The position numbers and the translations under genes are program-made. DNA of 64,000 nucleotides from contig CAWJCS010000004.1 of NCBI GenBank assembly GCA_963841435.1, positions 96,001 through 160,000 on the forward strand, given 5' to 3'. The notes beneath the pieces were generated by a model. It did no database searches. It worked only from the letters and a program-made list of their open reading frames with translations, and had not been told where the DNA came from. The DNA comes from an uncultured delta proteobacterium. GTDB taxonomy: Bacteria > Myxococcota_A > Polyangia > Polyangiales > Polyangiaceae. Below are positions 49,054-59,856 of the stretch, piece after piece (position 1 is the first letter of the stretch; each line of letters opens with the position of its first letter).

Positions 49054-50199
49054 TCAGGGACGCCGAATGACGCTGGTCACGTCGAACTGGAAGAAGTCAC
49101 CGACGTACGGGGAGGACGGCAGCATCACCCCGGCAAGCACCGTGTTGTGGTTGTAACACTGATGCTCGTCCGAGCCGATGATGTAAAAGTCGAGCGTCGC
49201 CTGTCCTCCGATGGGGATCGTCACGCTGTAGTCGTAGGGGTAGACGGCGTGTGGGGGGCGGTCGCTGTCCTTTTCCGCCGTGTAGTTCAGGAAGTAGTGC
49301 TCCTTCGGAGCCGACACGGTCATGGCCACCACGTTGAAGCCGTTGAAGCAGTCGTCGGTCGGGGTGATCTCCGGCGGCAAAGGGAAGGGGAGCTGGTTCG
49401 TCTTGTTCTTGCAGGCGGAGGTGAACCCGCCCACGGTGGGCACGCCCGCCGTGTAGAAGGCGTTGCTCGAAGCATCGAGCGTGCCGCCCGCATACCAATA
49501 CCCTTCGAAGACGCCGCGTACGCGCAGCGTCACGTCGTAGATGGCGCCCGCGTCGCCGCCGAACGTGAGCATCACGTGCTGATTCTTCACGTCGTTCAGC
49601 TGGGGGCAGACGGCGCTCGGGCTCTGTTCCACCGTGTATGCGGTGAGGTCGCACGGGTCCAGCAGCTGGAATCCATCGAGGACCGCTGCCGCGGCCGTCT
49701 CGTCAACCATGCCGCCCTGCCCGGCGCTCCCCGCCGTGCCAGCGACGCCGGCGCCTGAGCCCCCCGCACCGGCAAGCGTGCCACCCGCGCCTGCTCCGCC
49801 GAGTCCGCCTGCTCCGCCGAGTCCGCCAACGCCGCCGGGTCCGCCAACGCCGCCGAGTCCGCCAACGCCGCCGAGTCCGCCAACGCCGCCGAGTCCCCCT
49901 CCGAGACCACCACCCCCGACGGTCCCTCCGTCGCCTGCGAGCGGCGCCGCCCCGCTGCCGCCATTGCCGGCTCCTTGACCGCCCGGGCCCACGCCTCCGC
50001 CAGCGTTCGCACCGGCCGCCTGGGAACCGCTGGACCCGCCGGCACCGCCGAGGCTCGACCCGCCGGATCCAGCGACAGCATCACCCGCCGTCGCGGCGGC
50101 GCCACCAGGGCTTTCCGAGCCCGTGCTGGACGTGCACCCCGCGAGCGCGCCCACCACGAGGCACGGAACGCCGCATGCGGCGCGGTATCGGTTCAGCAT
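49054..50199 (-). CDS. Lipoprotein with Gly linker and unrecognised ~230-aa C-terminal domain
   Basis: LAGC lipobox; alternative GTG start at 50295; domain FGGDAGAIYDVTLRVRGVFE...PYVGDFFQFDVTSV. Confidence 0.8.
   Translation of the reverse strand: MLNRYRAACGVPCLVVGALAGCTSSTGSESPGGAAATAGDAVAGSGGSSLGGAGGSSGSQAAGANAGGGVGPGGQGAGNGGSGAAPLAGDGGTVGGGGLGGGLGGVGGLGGVGGLGGVGGPGGVGGLGGAGGLGGAGAGGTLAGAGGSGAGVAGTAGSAGQGGMVDETAAAAVLDGFQLLDPCDLTAYTVEQSPSAVCPQLNDVKNQHVMLTFGGDAGAIYDVTLRVRGVFEGYWYAGGTLDASSNAFYTAGVPTVGGFTSACKNKTNQLPFPLPPEITPTDDCFNGFNVVAMTVSAPKEHYFLNYTAEKDSDRPPHAVYPYDYSVTIPIGGQATLDFYIIGSDEHQCYNHNTVLAGVMLPSSPYVGDFFQFDVTSVIRRP
49789..49896. repeat. 18-bp tandem repeat x6 encoding a GG[L/P]GG[V/A] linker
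   Basis: gcc(tgct/aacg)ccgccg(a/g)gtcc units every 18 bp. Confidence 0.9.
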
Positions 50200-50330
50200 C
50201 GGATTTCGCGCCCAGTTGGCTGTGCGGTTCGAGCGCCCACGCATTGGAGTCCGCTCGCTGCTCCTACCACCCCCGGCGGCCGCCAAACGGTTCACGTTTT
50301 TGCGAGTGGCTGGCGAAAGGGGCCGATTGC

Positions 50331-53084
50331 TCAGGGGGCCGTCACCATGGCGGCGGAGCCGTCGTAGGCGACCATTCGGTCAGCCGTTGCGGTGACGCCG
50401 ACGCCGGCGCCGTGACTCGCCGACACGAACACGACGTTGAAGGTTCGCGTCATCGGCATGCCGGTGTAGCTGCCCCCCCTCGCGCCGATGGCCAGCGTTC
50501 GGCTTGCCTCGTCCCAAGAGAACGGAATCTCGGAGTACTGGCCGTTTTCGTAGCCGTACCCATCTCCTTCGTCCTCGTAGAGCACGAAGCTTGCGTCCCG
50601 GCCCGGGTAGACCCGGATCTCGATGGGATCGACGCTCTGCGTCGCGTACTGAATGTTCGGTCCCATCGGGACGATCGAGCCCGCTCTGACGTAGAGCGGG
50701 ATCTGGCTCAGTGGCGCGCTCACCGACATCGTGCTTCCACCGGTCGTGGTCGAGCCGCTCCAGAAATCGTACCAGGTGCCAGCGGGGAGGTAGATCGAGC
50801 GGCTCGTGGCTCCGGCAGTGGTGACGGGGTTCACGAGGAACGCGGGGCCGAACATGAACTGGTCCTTGACGTTGAAGACGTTCGTGTCGCTCGGGTAGTC
50901 GAAGACCAGGTGTCGCATCATCGTGTACCCCTCGTTCGTGACCTTCCACGCGAGCGAATAGACGTAGGGCATCAAGCGGTAGCGCAGCGTATCGATCGCG
51001 AGGAGGTTCGCCTTGGTGGTGCTGCTCCAGCTGTTGCTGTAAAGCTCCCGGGTGCCACCGCCGTGGATCCGGAAGGTCGGGCAAAAGGCGCCGTACTGAA
51101 ACCAGCGCGTGAAAAGCTCGTTGTTCGCACTGGTCGTCCAATCTACGCTGTGGCCCCAGTAGCCGCCAATGTCGGTGGTCCAGTACGGCAACCCCGATAG
51201 CCCAAAGCCGAGGCCCGCCGGTATCTGCTTGATGAAAGTCGGAAAATCGCTATCGATGTCCCCCGACCAGCAGGTCGTCGCGTAGCGCTGTTGTCCCGCG
51301 AAGGCGCTACGCGTGAGGACGTAGACGCGCTTGCCAGTCGGGCCCGTGGCGCGCCAATTCTCGTAGAGGGCCCTGGCGTGCCCCAGCGGGTAGGCGTTGA
51401 TGTAGAGCGCGCCCTTGCCGAGCGCCGTGTTGGCCGCGCGCACGTTGACGCTGTCGGGGTAACCCTGGGGCTCGGTGTTGTCCGCCCAGATGCCGTCCCA
51501 GCCGTAGGGCTCCAGTAAGCGATCGTTGATCTGCTGGAAAACCAGGGTTCGCGCGGCGTCGTTCAGCGTGTCGTAGAAGTGGTGCGAGCCGCCGCTCGAG
51601 AAGAGCGCTCCGATTGCGTCGAGCGCGTTGAAGTTGTCCATCTCGCCGGCCTTGCGCGGGGAGGCGACCGACTCGTAGAGCGGCCAGATCGAGATCATGG
51701 TGTGCACGTTGGCCGTGTGCATTTCGGAGACGAGCGCCGCCGGGTTCGGGTAGCGCGTCTCGTCCATGAAATGGGAGCCCCACGCGTAGGGTGTCCAATA
51801 GTCCCAGTCCTGGACGATGCAGTCGACGGGGATGTCGTTGTTGCGGTAGCCGTTCTTGACGGCGAGGAGTTCGGACTGGCTACTGTACTTGTCCTTGGAC
51901 TGGAAGAGCCCGTACGCCCACTTGGGGAACAAGGGCGCCGCGCCGGTCGCCGTCCGGTAGAGCGCGATCACATGGTCGAGCTCGGGCCCGTAGAAGAAGT
52001 AGTAGTCGACCATTTCCCCGGCTTCGGAAACGTACCGGTACTTGGTGTTGTTGGTGTCGCCCCCGTAAAAGTCGGAAGTCGAGTAGTTGTCCCAGAAGAT
52101 GCCGTAACCCTTGTTCGAGACCAGCACGGGAACGTTGATCTCCGTGTTGGCGTTCAGGATGTGGCGGTTCGTCCCTTTCCGGTTCATCACGCTGTCCTGG
52201 TGCTGGCCCAGGCCGAACAGCGCTTCGTCGGTCGGTGAATCGAACACGGTCTGAATGCGGTTCGTGCTCGTTCCCTCCACCGTGGCGGAGGTGACGCTCT
52301 TGTCGTCCTCCGACAGGACCACGGCGTCGTCGAGATCCGTGTACGTGACGAGCCCGTCGCTCAAGCCGACCTTGGCCTTCATGCGTAACGTGGTGAGCGT
52401 CACGGTCCCGCCGGCCTCGGCGACACAGAAGCTCGACGGGCCCCACGGGTTGCTAACGGAGAGCGATGCCTTGTCGGGTAGGGACGATGCGGTCGTGTAT
52501 TCGACGCGGATGATGTCTGCCTGGCAAACCTGGAGGCGGAGCCGCCCGGAGCCGATCTTGAACGTGACCCCGCGGTCGTCCACCGCGTAGGCGTCGCTCG
52601 TGGGGGGAGGGTCGGGGCACGTGAGCTGCCCACCCTGGCCGCCCGCGCCACCCTGCCCGGAGCTTCCACCAGCACCAGCACCAGCACCAGCGCCCGCGCC
52701 GGCTCCAGCGCCACCGTCACCCGAGGCCCCGCCGACCGCACCGGCTGCGCCCCCCGTGCCGCCCGAGCCCGAGCCCGACCCGGCGCTCCCGCTTGCGCCG
52801 CCGGCCCCCAGGCCAGCCGCGCCGCCGGCCCCTGCGTTCGAGCCGGCAGAGCCGCCGGCCGGTGCGCCGCCCGAGCCGGAGCCCCCCGAGCCATTGGCCG
52901 CGAATCCGCCCGCGCCCGCGCCGGCGGAGACCCCCGCCGCGGCGGCGGTGCCCTGCGTGGGGGCGGCGGTATTGGAGCCGCAGGCAATGGCGAGAACCGC
53001 TGCCGAAAAGACGAGCGCCGGGGCTGCTAGGCTCGGGATTGCGGGACGAACGTGCCTGAAGCGCGCGGTTGGGCGGGTGGGCAC
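50331..53084 (-). CDS. GH31 alpha-xylosidase-like lipoprotein with Gly linker
   Basis: AIAC lipobox; FGLGQHQ, YGIFWDN, PKWAYGLFQS, DCIVQDW, WADNTEP (nucleophile), WSGDI, PYWTTDIGG, RWFQYGAF, LYEDEGD. Confidence 0.93.
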   Translation of the reverse strand: MPTRPTARFRHVRPAIPSLAAPALVFSAAVLAIACGSNTAAPTQGTAAAAGVSAGAGAGGFAANGSGGSGSGGAPAGGSAGSNAGAGGAAGLGAGGASGSAGSGSGSGGTGGAAGAVGGASGDGGAGAGAGAGAGAGAGGSSGQGGAGGQGGQLTCPDPPPTSDAYAVDDRGVTFKIGSGRLRLQVCQADIIRVEYTTASSLPDKASLSVSNPWGPSSFCVAEAGGTVTLTTLRMKAKVGLSDGLVTYTDLDDAVVLSEDDKSVTSATVEGTSTNRIQTVFDSPTDEALFGLGQHQDSVMNRKGTNRHILNANTEINVPVLVSNKGYGIFWDNYSTSDFYGGDTNNTKYRYVSEAGEMVDYYFFYGPELDHVIALYRTATGAAPLFPKWAYGLFQSKDKYSSQSELLAVKNGYRNNDIPVDCIVQDWDYWTPYAWGSHFMDETRYPNPAALVSEMHTANVHTMISIWPLYESVASPRKAGEMDNFNALDAIGALFSSGGSHHFYDTLNDAARTLVFQQINDRLLEPYGWDGIWADNTEPQGYPDSVNVRAANTALGKGALYINAYPLGHARALYENWRATGPTGKRVYVLTRSAFAGQQRYATTCWSGDIDSDFPTFIKQIPAGLGFGLSGLPYWTTDIGGYWGHSVDWTTSANNELFTRWFQYGAFCPTFRIHGGGTRELYSNSWSSTTKANLLAIDTLRYRLMPYVYSLAWKVTNEGYTMMRHLVFDYPSDTNVFNVKDQFMFGPAFLVNPVTTAGATSRSIYLPAGTWYDFWSGSTTTGGSTMSVSAPLSQIPLYVRAGSIVPMGPNIQYATQSVDPIEIRVYPGRDASFVLYEDEGDGYGYENGQYSEIPFSWDEASRTLAIGARGGSYTGMPMTRTFNVVFVSASHGAGVGVTATADRMVAYDGSAAMVTAP

Positions 53085-53090
53085 ACGAGT

Positions 53091-53118
53091 GATTGCCTCC
53101 CCGCACCTGCTTTTGTCA
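53091..53118 (-). promoter_or_regulatory. Candidate ECF promoter, motif A, upstream of GH31
   Basis: TGACAA-aagcaggtgcggggagg-CAATC ending 6 nt before GTG 53084. Confidence 0.5.
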
Positions 53119-53174
53119 TCAAAATGGTGTTGGGCGCCGCGCCCGGCGCACGAGCGCCCCGGTGGCGCGCGGCC

Positions 53175-54002
53175 TCACCCCTCGTAGGAGAGCTGCATCT
53201 GTTCGCGCAGGCCGGAGAAGAATTGCCGTGGACCGCAGCCGAGCTCGGTATGAAAGGTGCGGTGGCACTGCGAATACGAGCCGAAGCCCGCGGCGCTCGC
53301 AGCCGTCATCAAGTCGCGCGTCCCGGCGTCGAGCAGCCGGATGAAGTGGAGGAGACGGAGACGCATGCGATACCGGACGAGCGTCATGCCCATATCACGG
53401 TGAAAATGGCGACTGACCTCGCTCGGATGTGTTCTGAGCTCCGACGCCAATCCGCTCAGCGCGAGCTCGGGCGCGTTCGCCAAGAGCTTCAACGCGCGCC
53501 GCGTCAGGACGTGGGTCGCAGGCCTCGGGCGCTCGACGGCGCGCTGCCCCAACCAGTGGGCTCGCTGCCATAGCTCGGCGGCGAGTTGCTCGGCGCCGGC
53601 ACGATCGACGATCGCTCCGGCTCGAACGACCGCGTCGTCGAATTCGATCGCGCCGAGGCGCACGTGAAAGGGCGATGTCCCCTCACCGCTTTTGCTTAGC
53701 GCTTGCTCCGAGAGTTGGCGGTCCAGACCGATGGCAAAGAGATAGAGGTCCGGCGAGCCTTCGATCAGAACGTGATCCTGGCCCGGGGGGAAAGCGAGCA
53801 ACTCACCCCTGCCGGCTCGAACCACTCTGTCGCCGACCCCGAACGTTGCAGAGCCCTTGACGACGAGATTCAGCTCCGGCTCGTCGTGAAAATGACGCGG
53901 CCGCCGCCCTCCGACACAGCGCGAGTACTTCCAGACGAACGCGCGCTCGTCCCCCGCCGGCAGAAACCGCTGGTAGAGGGCGCTCTCTTCGACGTTGACC
54001 AT
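53175..54002 (-). CDS. AraC family transcriptional regulator (cupin + HTH)
   Basis: RHFHDEPELNLV cupin; SRHFHRDMGMT..YRMRLRL; AGFGSYSQCHRTF..GCGPRQF. Confidence 0.93.
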   Translation of the reverse strand: MVNVEESALYQRFLPAGDERAFVWKYSRCVGGRRPRHFHDEPELNLVVKGSATFGVGDRVVRAGRGELLAFPPGQDHVLIEGSPDLYLFAIGLDRQLSEQALSKSGEGTSPFHVRLGAIEFDDAVVRAGAIVDRAGAEQLAAELWQRAHWLGQRAVERPRPATHVLTRRALKLLANAPELALSGLASELRTHPSEVSRHFHRDMGMTLVRYRMRLRLLHFIRLLDAGTRDLMTAASAAGFGSYSQCHRTFHTELGCGPRQFFSGLREQMQLSYEG

Positions 54003-54230
54003 GGGGGCACCCAACGCACGCGTGGCCTGCGAGCACCGCGAGCTTTAAATCTCTGACACGCTCGCTCGGTGACCACCAGCGGCTGGCCGAGTTTCCCCAA
54101 AAAACGCGAACTTGGCCCGTAGCCAGCCAGCGGCGGTGGCCGGAGACCCGTGCGGCAGCCTTCGCGGACCATGCCGCCGGGGGGAGCTTCCCGAGCCGCG
54201 GGGGGACTTCCGCGCGGCCGATGCGTTCCG

Positions 54231-55647
54231 CTACAAGGACGTGAAGAACGACCGAGACGTCTTCGGGGACCCAGGTACAAGGGCACGTCAACGAGCAGCT
54301 CTTGGGTGGCGTCGCGCACGAATTGAACAGGTCCGAAGTCCCATCGACGATGGCGTTGCCGTGACCTGACTGGTGGACGCACCAACGGAGGGGGTGCCCG
54401 CTCGAGCATCCCGCGTAGTCCGTGCAGACATGCCCCCCGGGGCTCAAGTAGGGGGGAGGCTGAGCTGGCTGCGGTGGGTTCTGAACCGTGCAGCCGTTGT
54501 TCTTGACGAACCTGTCGCGTATCGGCGTTGCCAGGCTCATCGGACACGTCGTGTCCTCGAGGCCGACCATCTGCCACAACGCGATGGGGTCGTTGCCGCC
54601 GTCGCACCCGCTGAGCTGCGCACCTTCGTAGATCGCGGCCCCACGAAACGAGTTCGCGCGGGCACACGCGAGCTCGTACGTCATGCCGCCGCCGTAGCTG
54701 AAACCGTTGGAGAAAAGGTGCGTCGTGTCAACGCAGTAGTTTTCCTCGATCAACTGGATCATGTCGTCAACGAACTTCAGATCCTGTCCGCCAGAATTGG
54801 GCCAGCCGTTGCCGAGGCCCTGGGGCGCGACGAAGATCGCGCCGTTGTTCGACAGGCTCTGGAGTCCGAAATGGGCCATGATGTACCCATTCGATCCGCC
54901 GGTATCAACGTCCTTGGACGTGCCGCCGTTCCAGTGAAAACCGAAGATCAACCAATAGGGTTTGTTCTGATCGTAGTTGTCGGGAAGCCTCATGGCGAAG
55001 CCACGAGTCTGACCGCTACTCTGGATGGTGACGTAGCCGCCGTCACCGACGCCCACGGTCTGCCCGGACTCGCCCGGCACCGATCCGAACGTGATCGTCA
55101 ACGCCTTGCCGCACCCAGCGCTCGGCACGGCGCCGCCCGAGCCGCCGTTGCCACCCGAGCCGCCGCTCCCGGACACTCCCGCCATCCCGGCGCTCCCGCT
55201 TGCGCCGCCCGTCGAGCTATCTCCCGCGGACCCGGCGCGACCCGCTGCGGCCGCATCGCCGCCAACCCCGGCCATCCCGCTCGAGCCTGCGCCGCCGCCC
55301 CCGTCGCCCGAGCCCGCGGAGCCGCTCGAGGCTCCGGCGCCGCCTGACGCGAGCGTACCGCCCGAGGCACCCAGGCCGCCGGTTGCGCTCGTCCCGCCGG
55401 TACCGGGCAGACCGCTCGTACCGCCTGACCCCAGGGCAGCGGTGCCACCGACTGCGCCCGTGCCGGCGTTGCCCGCGGAGCCGCCGAGGCCGCCCCCACC
55501 GCCGAGCCCGCCGCTGGCAGAGGCTCCGCTCGAGGTGCCCGCGGTACCGCCAACGGGCACGGTGTCCTTGCTGCCATTGCAAGCCCCAGCCGAGATGACG
55601 ACCACCGCGGCGACGGCGCGGTGCAACCGGTGTGAAACGAGACGCAT
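54231..55647 (-). CDS. CE1/feruloyl-esterase-like alpha/beta hydrolase lipoprotein; apparent +1 indel at ~54254
   Basis: AGAC lipobox; VPSAGCG, LPDNYDQNKPY..FGFHW, FVAPQG, GFSYGG nucleophile elbow; removing one base gives the ending PEDVWSFFTSL*. Confidence 0.85.
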
Positions 55648-55666
55648 GCGCTCTCCTCTGAGGAGT

Positions 55667-55691
55667 CTGTCGGCTGGCAGAGGTTCTTGTC
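55667..55691 (-). promoter_or_regulatory. Candidate ECF promoter, motif B, upstream of the esterase
   Basis: GACAA-N12-GCCGACAG. Confidence 0.45.
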
Positions 55692-55758
55692 GAACAATCG
55701 CGGGGAACGTCGCTCCGAGGGCCCTTCGCCACTCGCCTCGGAAGCCGGCCTCTTTTTC

Positions 55759-55784
55759 GTCAACAGAGACCGGCTTGCCGACAG
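55759..55784 (+). promoter_or_regulatory. Candidate ECF promoter, motif B, upstream of GH29
   Basis: GTCAA-N13-GCCGACAG, same words and spacing as 60040-60065. Confidence 0.5.
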
Positions 55785-55839
55785 AAGAGCTCGACGAAGT
55801 ATTGCTCGCAAAGCGCGGCGCTTCGACGCAGTAGGCATC

Positions 55840-58514
55840 ATGGGTCCCCGTCGCTCATCATTTGGCTCGGCGGTGGTGGTGTCGGTGCTGCTCTGCCTCG
55901 CGGCATTCGGCGTCGGCGGTTGTTCGGAAGAGAGCCCGGCACCAGGGTCCCCGAGCGGCGTCGGCGCCAACGGCGGCGGCGGGGTGAGTGGTGGCGGTGG
56001 AGCAGCCACCGGTGGAAGCGCGGGCATTGGGGGCGCCGCCGCTGCGACGGGCGGGTCAGCTGGGACCGCGGGCGCGGCAGCTCAGGGCGGGGGTGGCGGG
56101 CAAGGGGTCGGAGGCAGCGCGGCGAGCAGCGCCGTCGGTGGCTCGAGCGGTTCAGGAAATGGCGGGGCGGGCGCCGCCGGCACGGGCGGCGTTGCGGGGA
56201 CCGGGGGTGCCGCGGGGGCCGCGGGCGCGGCCGGCATGAGTGGCGGATTCGCGCTGCCCGTGAAGCCAGACCCAGTCAACGGGGCATCGACGGTGACGGA
56301 CGGCGCCGCTTCCGGAGGCTCTTCGATTGGCCTGGTCAACCCGGGGCAGGGCGCTCAGGCCACGGGCCTGCCCGCCGCTAGCAAGCTGGCGATTCACTAC
56401 GCATCGGTGTCCGTGGGCACGATCAGCGTTTCGATCGATGGCCAGGCGGCGGTGAAGGTGAACGTTCATTCGACGGGTGCTCTCACCGGCTCGTTCATCT
56501 ACGCCATCATCAGCATCGCGATTCCAGCCGACGGGACGGTCACCATCAGCCGGGCCAGCGGTGACGTTGCGGTCAACATCGACGAGATCATCGTCGGCGA
56601 CGGCACGCTGGGGCTCCCGCCGGACATCTGGAACCTGCCGCCTTTCCCTGTCGCCGCAGGCCCCTACGTCGCCGACTGGAAGGCGCTGGGCCTGGCGTAT
56701 GCAACGCCCGAGTGGTGGCGTGACGCCAAGCTCGGGGCGTGGGCTCACTGGGATCCGCAATCGATGCCCGAGCAGGGCGACTGGTACGCCTACCGCATGT
56801 ACCAGGAGGGCTCGGCCGACTACACCTACCAGTGTGATCACTTCGGTCATCCGTCAACCTATGGCTACAAGGACATCTGCAAAACTGGGTGATCGACCAG
56901 TGGGACCCGAATGCCCTGATGGATCTCTACGTGCAGATGGGGGCCAAGTTCTTCATGGCGATGGGCGCGCACCACGACAACTTCGACTGCTGGGACTCGA
57001 CGTACCAGCCTTGGAACTCCGTTCGGGTCGGCGTGAAGGTGGACCTCGTCGGTACGTGGGAACCGATCGCGCGCCAGCGTGGCCTGCGTTTCGGCATCGG
57101 GTTTCACAACACGCCAGCGCGAACGTGGGGTCAGTGGATGCCGGTGCGCTACACCAGCGACAAGCAGGGGGCGAATGCGGGCGTTCCCTACGATGCGTTG
57201 CAAACCATTCTGGATGGAAAGGGAAAGTGGTGGGAAGGCATGGATCCGGTGGATCTCTACGGTCCGCTCCATGCTTCCAGCGACCCGTCAGCCACGTCGC
57301 CCTATGCGACTCAGTTCATGTACCGCGTCGATGAAGCCATCGACAAGTACCATCCCAACGTCGTGTATTTCGACGACCACGCCGGCGATTCCCAGGTCAA
57401 CCTGGGAGTCCACATGGGATTGGCGGCCCTCGCTCCGATGATCTTGGCAAACTACTACAATAAGTCCATGAGCTTCAAGCAGGGGAAGATGGACGTGGTC
57501 ATGAATATGAAGGGTGTGGGCGGCCAATACGACAGCTTCCAAAATAGCGCGGCGCTTCTTCCCTTCGCCGAGCGCGCCCTGGTCAGGAGCACCGAGGCGA
57601 GCACCGAGCCGCAGATCAGCGCCTATCCCTTCCAGACGGAGCTGAGCATTCAGGATTGGCACTATCAGACCGGGCAGGGATACACGGACGCCGCCACGCT
57701 GGTGACGACTCTGATGCAAAACGTTTCCCGAAACGGGAGCTTGTTGCTCAACCTCACCCAGCACGGCCGAGGGGATCTCGATTCCCAGTGCGTTCAAATC
57801 GCTCAGGACATCGGCGGCTGGCTGAAGATCAACGGCGAAGCAGTGTATGGGTCCCGCCCGTTCGAAGTCATGGGCGACACCACGGTCGCTTACACGCGCA
57901 ACAACGGCTACGTCTACGCCACACTGCTCGGCTGGAACGGCGGCGCGATCACGCTCAAGGCCTTGAGCAGCGGCGGGGCGACGCTCGGCACCGTATCCAA
58001 GGTCGAACTGCTCGGCTCGACCGTCCCGTTGACCTTCACGCAGAACAGTCAAGGGCTGACGGTAACCCCGAGCGGCACGGTTCCGGCGCAATCGGGGATC
58101 ACGAACCAAACCCTGGCGTCGAGGACCCGAGTGTTGCGCGTCACTCACGACAAGGGCTGGATCAACGACGACGATCCGGGCTCGACGGCTCCCGGATGGC
58201 TGCGCAAGTGCAACCTGGGTGCCGGTGACTACAACAACGATCTCACCACGAGCACCGCCGCGGGGGACGTTTGGACTTCAGCCTTCACGGGCACCGACCT
58301 CGCCGTGTACGCCCCGAAGGAAGCGGGGAGTGGGGAGATCGAGCTCCAGATCGACGGTCAAACCCGCGCAACGGTTGCTCTTTCGACCACTGGCGCTCGT
58401 CAGGCTCAGCAGTTGGTCTCCGAGGTGACCGGGTTGGCTGCGGGCAATCATTCCATCAGCATCGTCAACCGCGGCCCAGGGCCCGTGGCGGTGGATGCCA
58501 TCGTCGCTAGGTAG
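55840..58514 (+). CDS. GH29 alpha-L-fucosidase-like lipoprotein; apparent -1 indel in the A-run at ~56881
   Basis: VGGC lipobox; Gly linker; PEWWRDAKLGAWAHW, GYKDICK(N)W, GAKFF..AHHDNF, YHPNVVYFD, VSRNGSLLLN, WLKINGEAVYGSRP. Confidence 0.88.
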
Positions 58515-58571
58515 GCGCGACTCCCCGTCCGAGCGTGGACAGGGAGTCGCACCGCGCGCTTGCTGACGAGG

Positions 58572-58691
58572 CTAGGCGTGCGCGAGCCTGCGGGTCCCGT
58601 GCGACCGCAGTCGGATGCCGAGCACAATCAGCAGGGTTCCGAACATCATGGCGTAGGTGGCGATCATCCACGACACGGCCAGGGCGCCGGC
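58572..58691 (-). pseudogene. C-terminal fragment of a HdeD/DUF308-like membrane protein
   Basis: AGALAVSWMIATYAMMFGTLLIVLGIRLR..* resembles HdeD C-termini; rest of the gene absent. Confidence 0.55.
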
Positions 58692-58818
58692 ACGACTGCC
58701 GAAAGCCCGGCGGCAAACGGGCACGGGGCCCGAGGAGGCCGGCGCGGCGCGGGCCTCGGGGCTCAGCCCCGGGGGCCGACGGGCCCTGGGGCGCCGCGCC
58801 TGGGGTAAGGTCGGCACC

Positions 58819-59856
58819 GTGCGGAACGCGTGGTCGGTCGTGCTCGCCTTCGCCATGGTGCTCGGGGTGGGGCGTCTCGCCCACGCCCAGGCGAGCGCAC
58901 CGGAACCCATCTTCAGCGCATCGTTCGACTACGTCGCACCGCCCACGTGTCCGAGCTCCGGCGACTTCAAGGCGGTCGTCGTCGGTCGGCTCGGCTTCAA
59001 TCCGTTCAGCAAGGACGCACTGGAGCGCGTGCTCGTGCTGATCACGGCACGAGAGGAAAGGCTGGAAGGGCGAGTCGAATGGCGCGACGACAAGGGCGAC
59101 TGGGCGGGAGACCAAACATTTCCGGCACCCGATGACGATTGTACGAAGCTCGTGCACACCATGGGCTTTGCCCTCGCCGTGCAGATCAATCTGCTCGCCA
59201 CGGGTGGCCGTCCCACACGCTCGAAGGCAGCGCCCGCGGAAGGGGAAACGGGTGGTTCGCCGGAGAAGCGGGCAGCCAAGGCACCTCGACCCGCCGCACC
59301 GAAGACGAAGGCGCGGGCAGACGTCCCGCGAGCTCCGGGGGCGGACGACGAGCGGAAGCGTGCGCGCTGGGTGTTTTCGCTGGGCGCGGGCGGCTCGGTC
59401 GGCTTCGGCCTGGCGTCGAGCGCGCTACTGCTCGGGCGCGCGTTCGGCAGCGTCGCCAGGGGACGCGCCTCGTTGGAGCTTGGTGGGGAGGTCTCGACTC
59501 TGAACGTCACGCAGCGCGCCGACGGAGCGGGCTTTGCCCAGCGCGCGTTGCTGGCGAGCGCGGCCGCCTGCGGCACGCAAGAGCCGTGGAGCCTCTGTGT
59601 CCTCGCCAAGGCCGGTGTGCTGAAGATCACCGGGCGGGGCGTCGATGTGCCGGCGTCGCCGACCGGCACCGCGCTCCAGGCCGGGTTGCGCTTCGGCGCT
59701 CGGGAGCGGATCGCCGGCAGCGTCTTTTTCGCGCAGCGGCTCGACGGTCTCGTCAATCTGACGCGCTGGACCGTAACGCTCGACGGATTCCGGGTTTGGA
59801 GGGCCCCGACCCTCGCTGGAATGCTGGGTGTCGATGTAGGTGTGATCTTTCAGTGA
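58819..59856 (+). CDS. Exported protein with beta-strand-rich C-terminus, cassette 2
   Basis: Signal peptide ending AHA; CP...LGFNPF; MGFALAVQINLL; ACG..EPWS.C; ends IFQ; homolog of 47931-48932. Confidence 0.8.
   Translation: MRNAWSVVLAFAMVLGVGRLAHAQASAPEPIFSASFDYVAPPTCPSSGDFKAVVVGRLGFNPFSKDALERVLVLITAREERLEGRVEWRDDKGDWAGDQTFPAPDDDCTKLVHTMGFALAVQINLLATGGRPTRSKAAPAEGETGGSPEKRAAKAPRPAAPKTKARADVPRAPGADDERKRARWVFSLGAGGSVGFGLASSALLLGRAFGSVARGRASLELGGEVSTLNVTQRADGAGFAQRALLASAAACGTQEPWSLCVLAKAGVLKITGRGVDVPASPTGTALQAGLRFGARERIAGSVFFAQRLDGLVNLTRWTVTLDGFRVWRAPTLAGMLGVDVGVIFQ

Noticed and set aside
50303-50333. Third copy of promoter motif A before the 49054-50199 gene
   Set aside because: GAGCAA-N18-CACTC matches only loosely and with different spacing.
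53803-54230. C-terminal tail of the 614-aa esterase ORF overlapping AraC
   Set aside because: Read-through caused by the indel at ~54254; the natural stop is at 54231.
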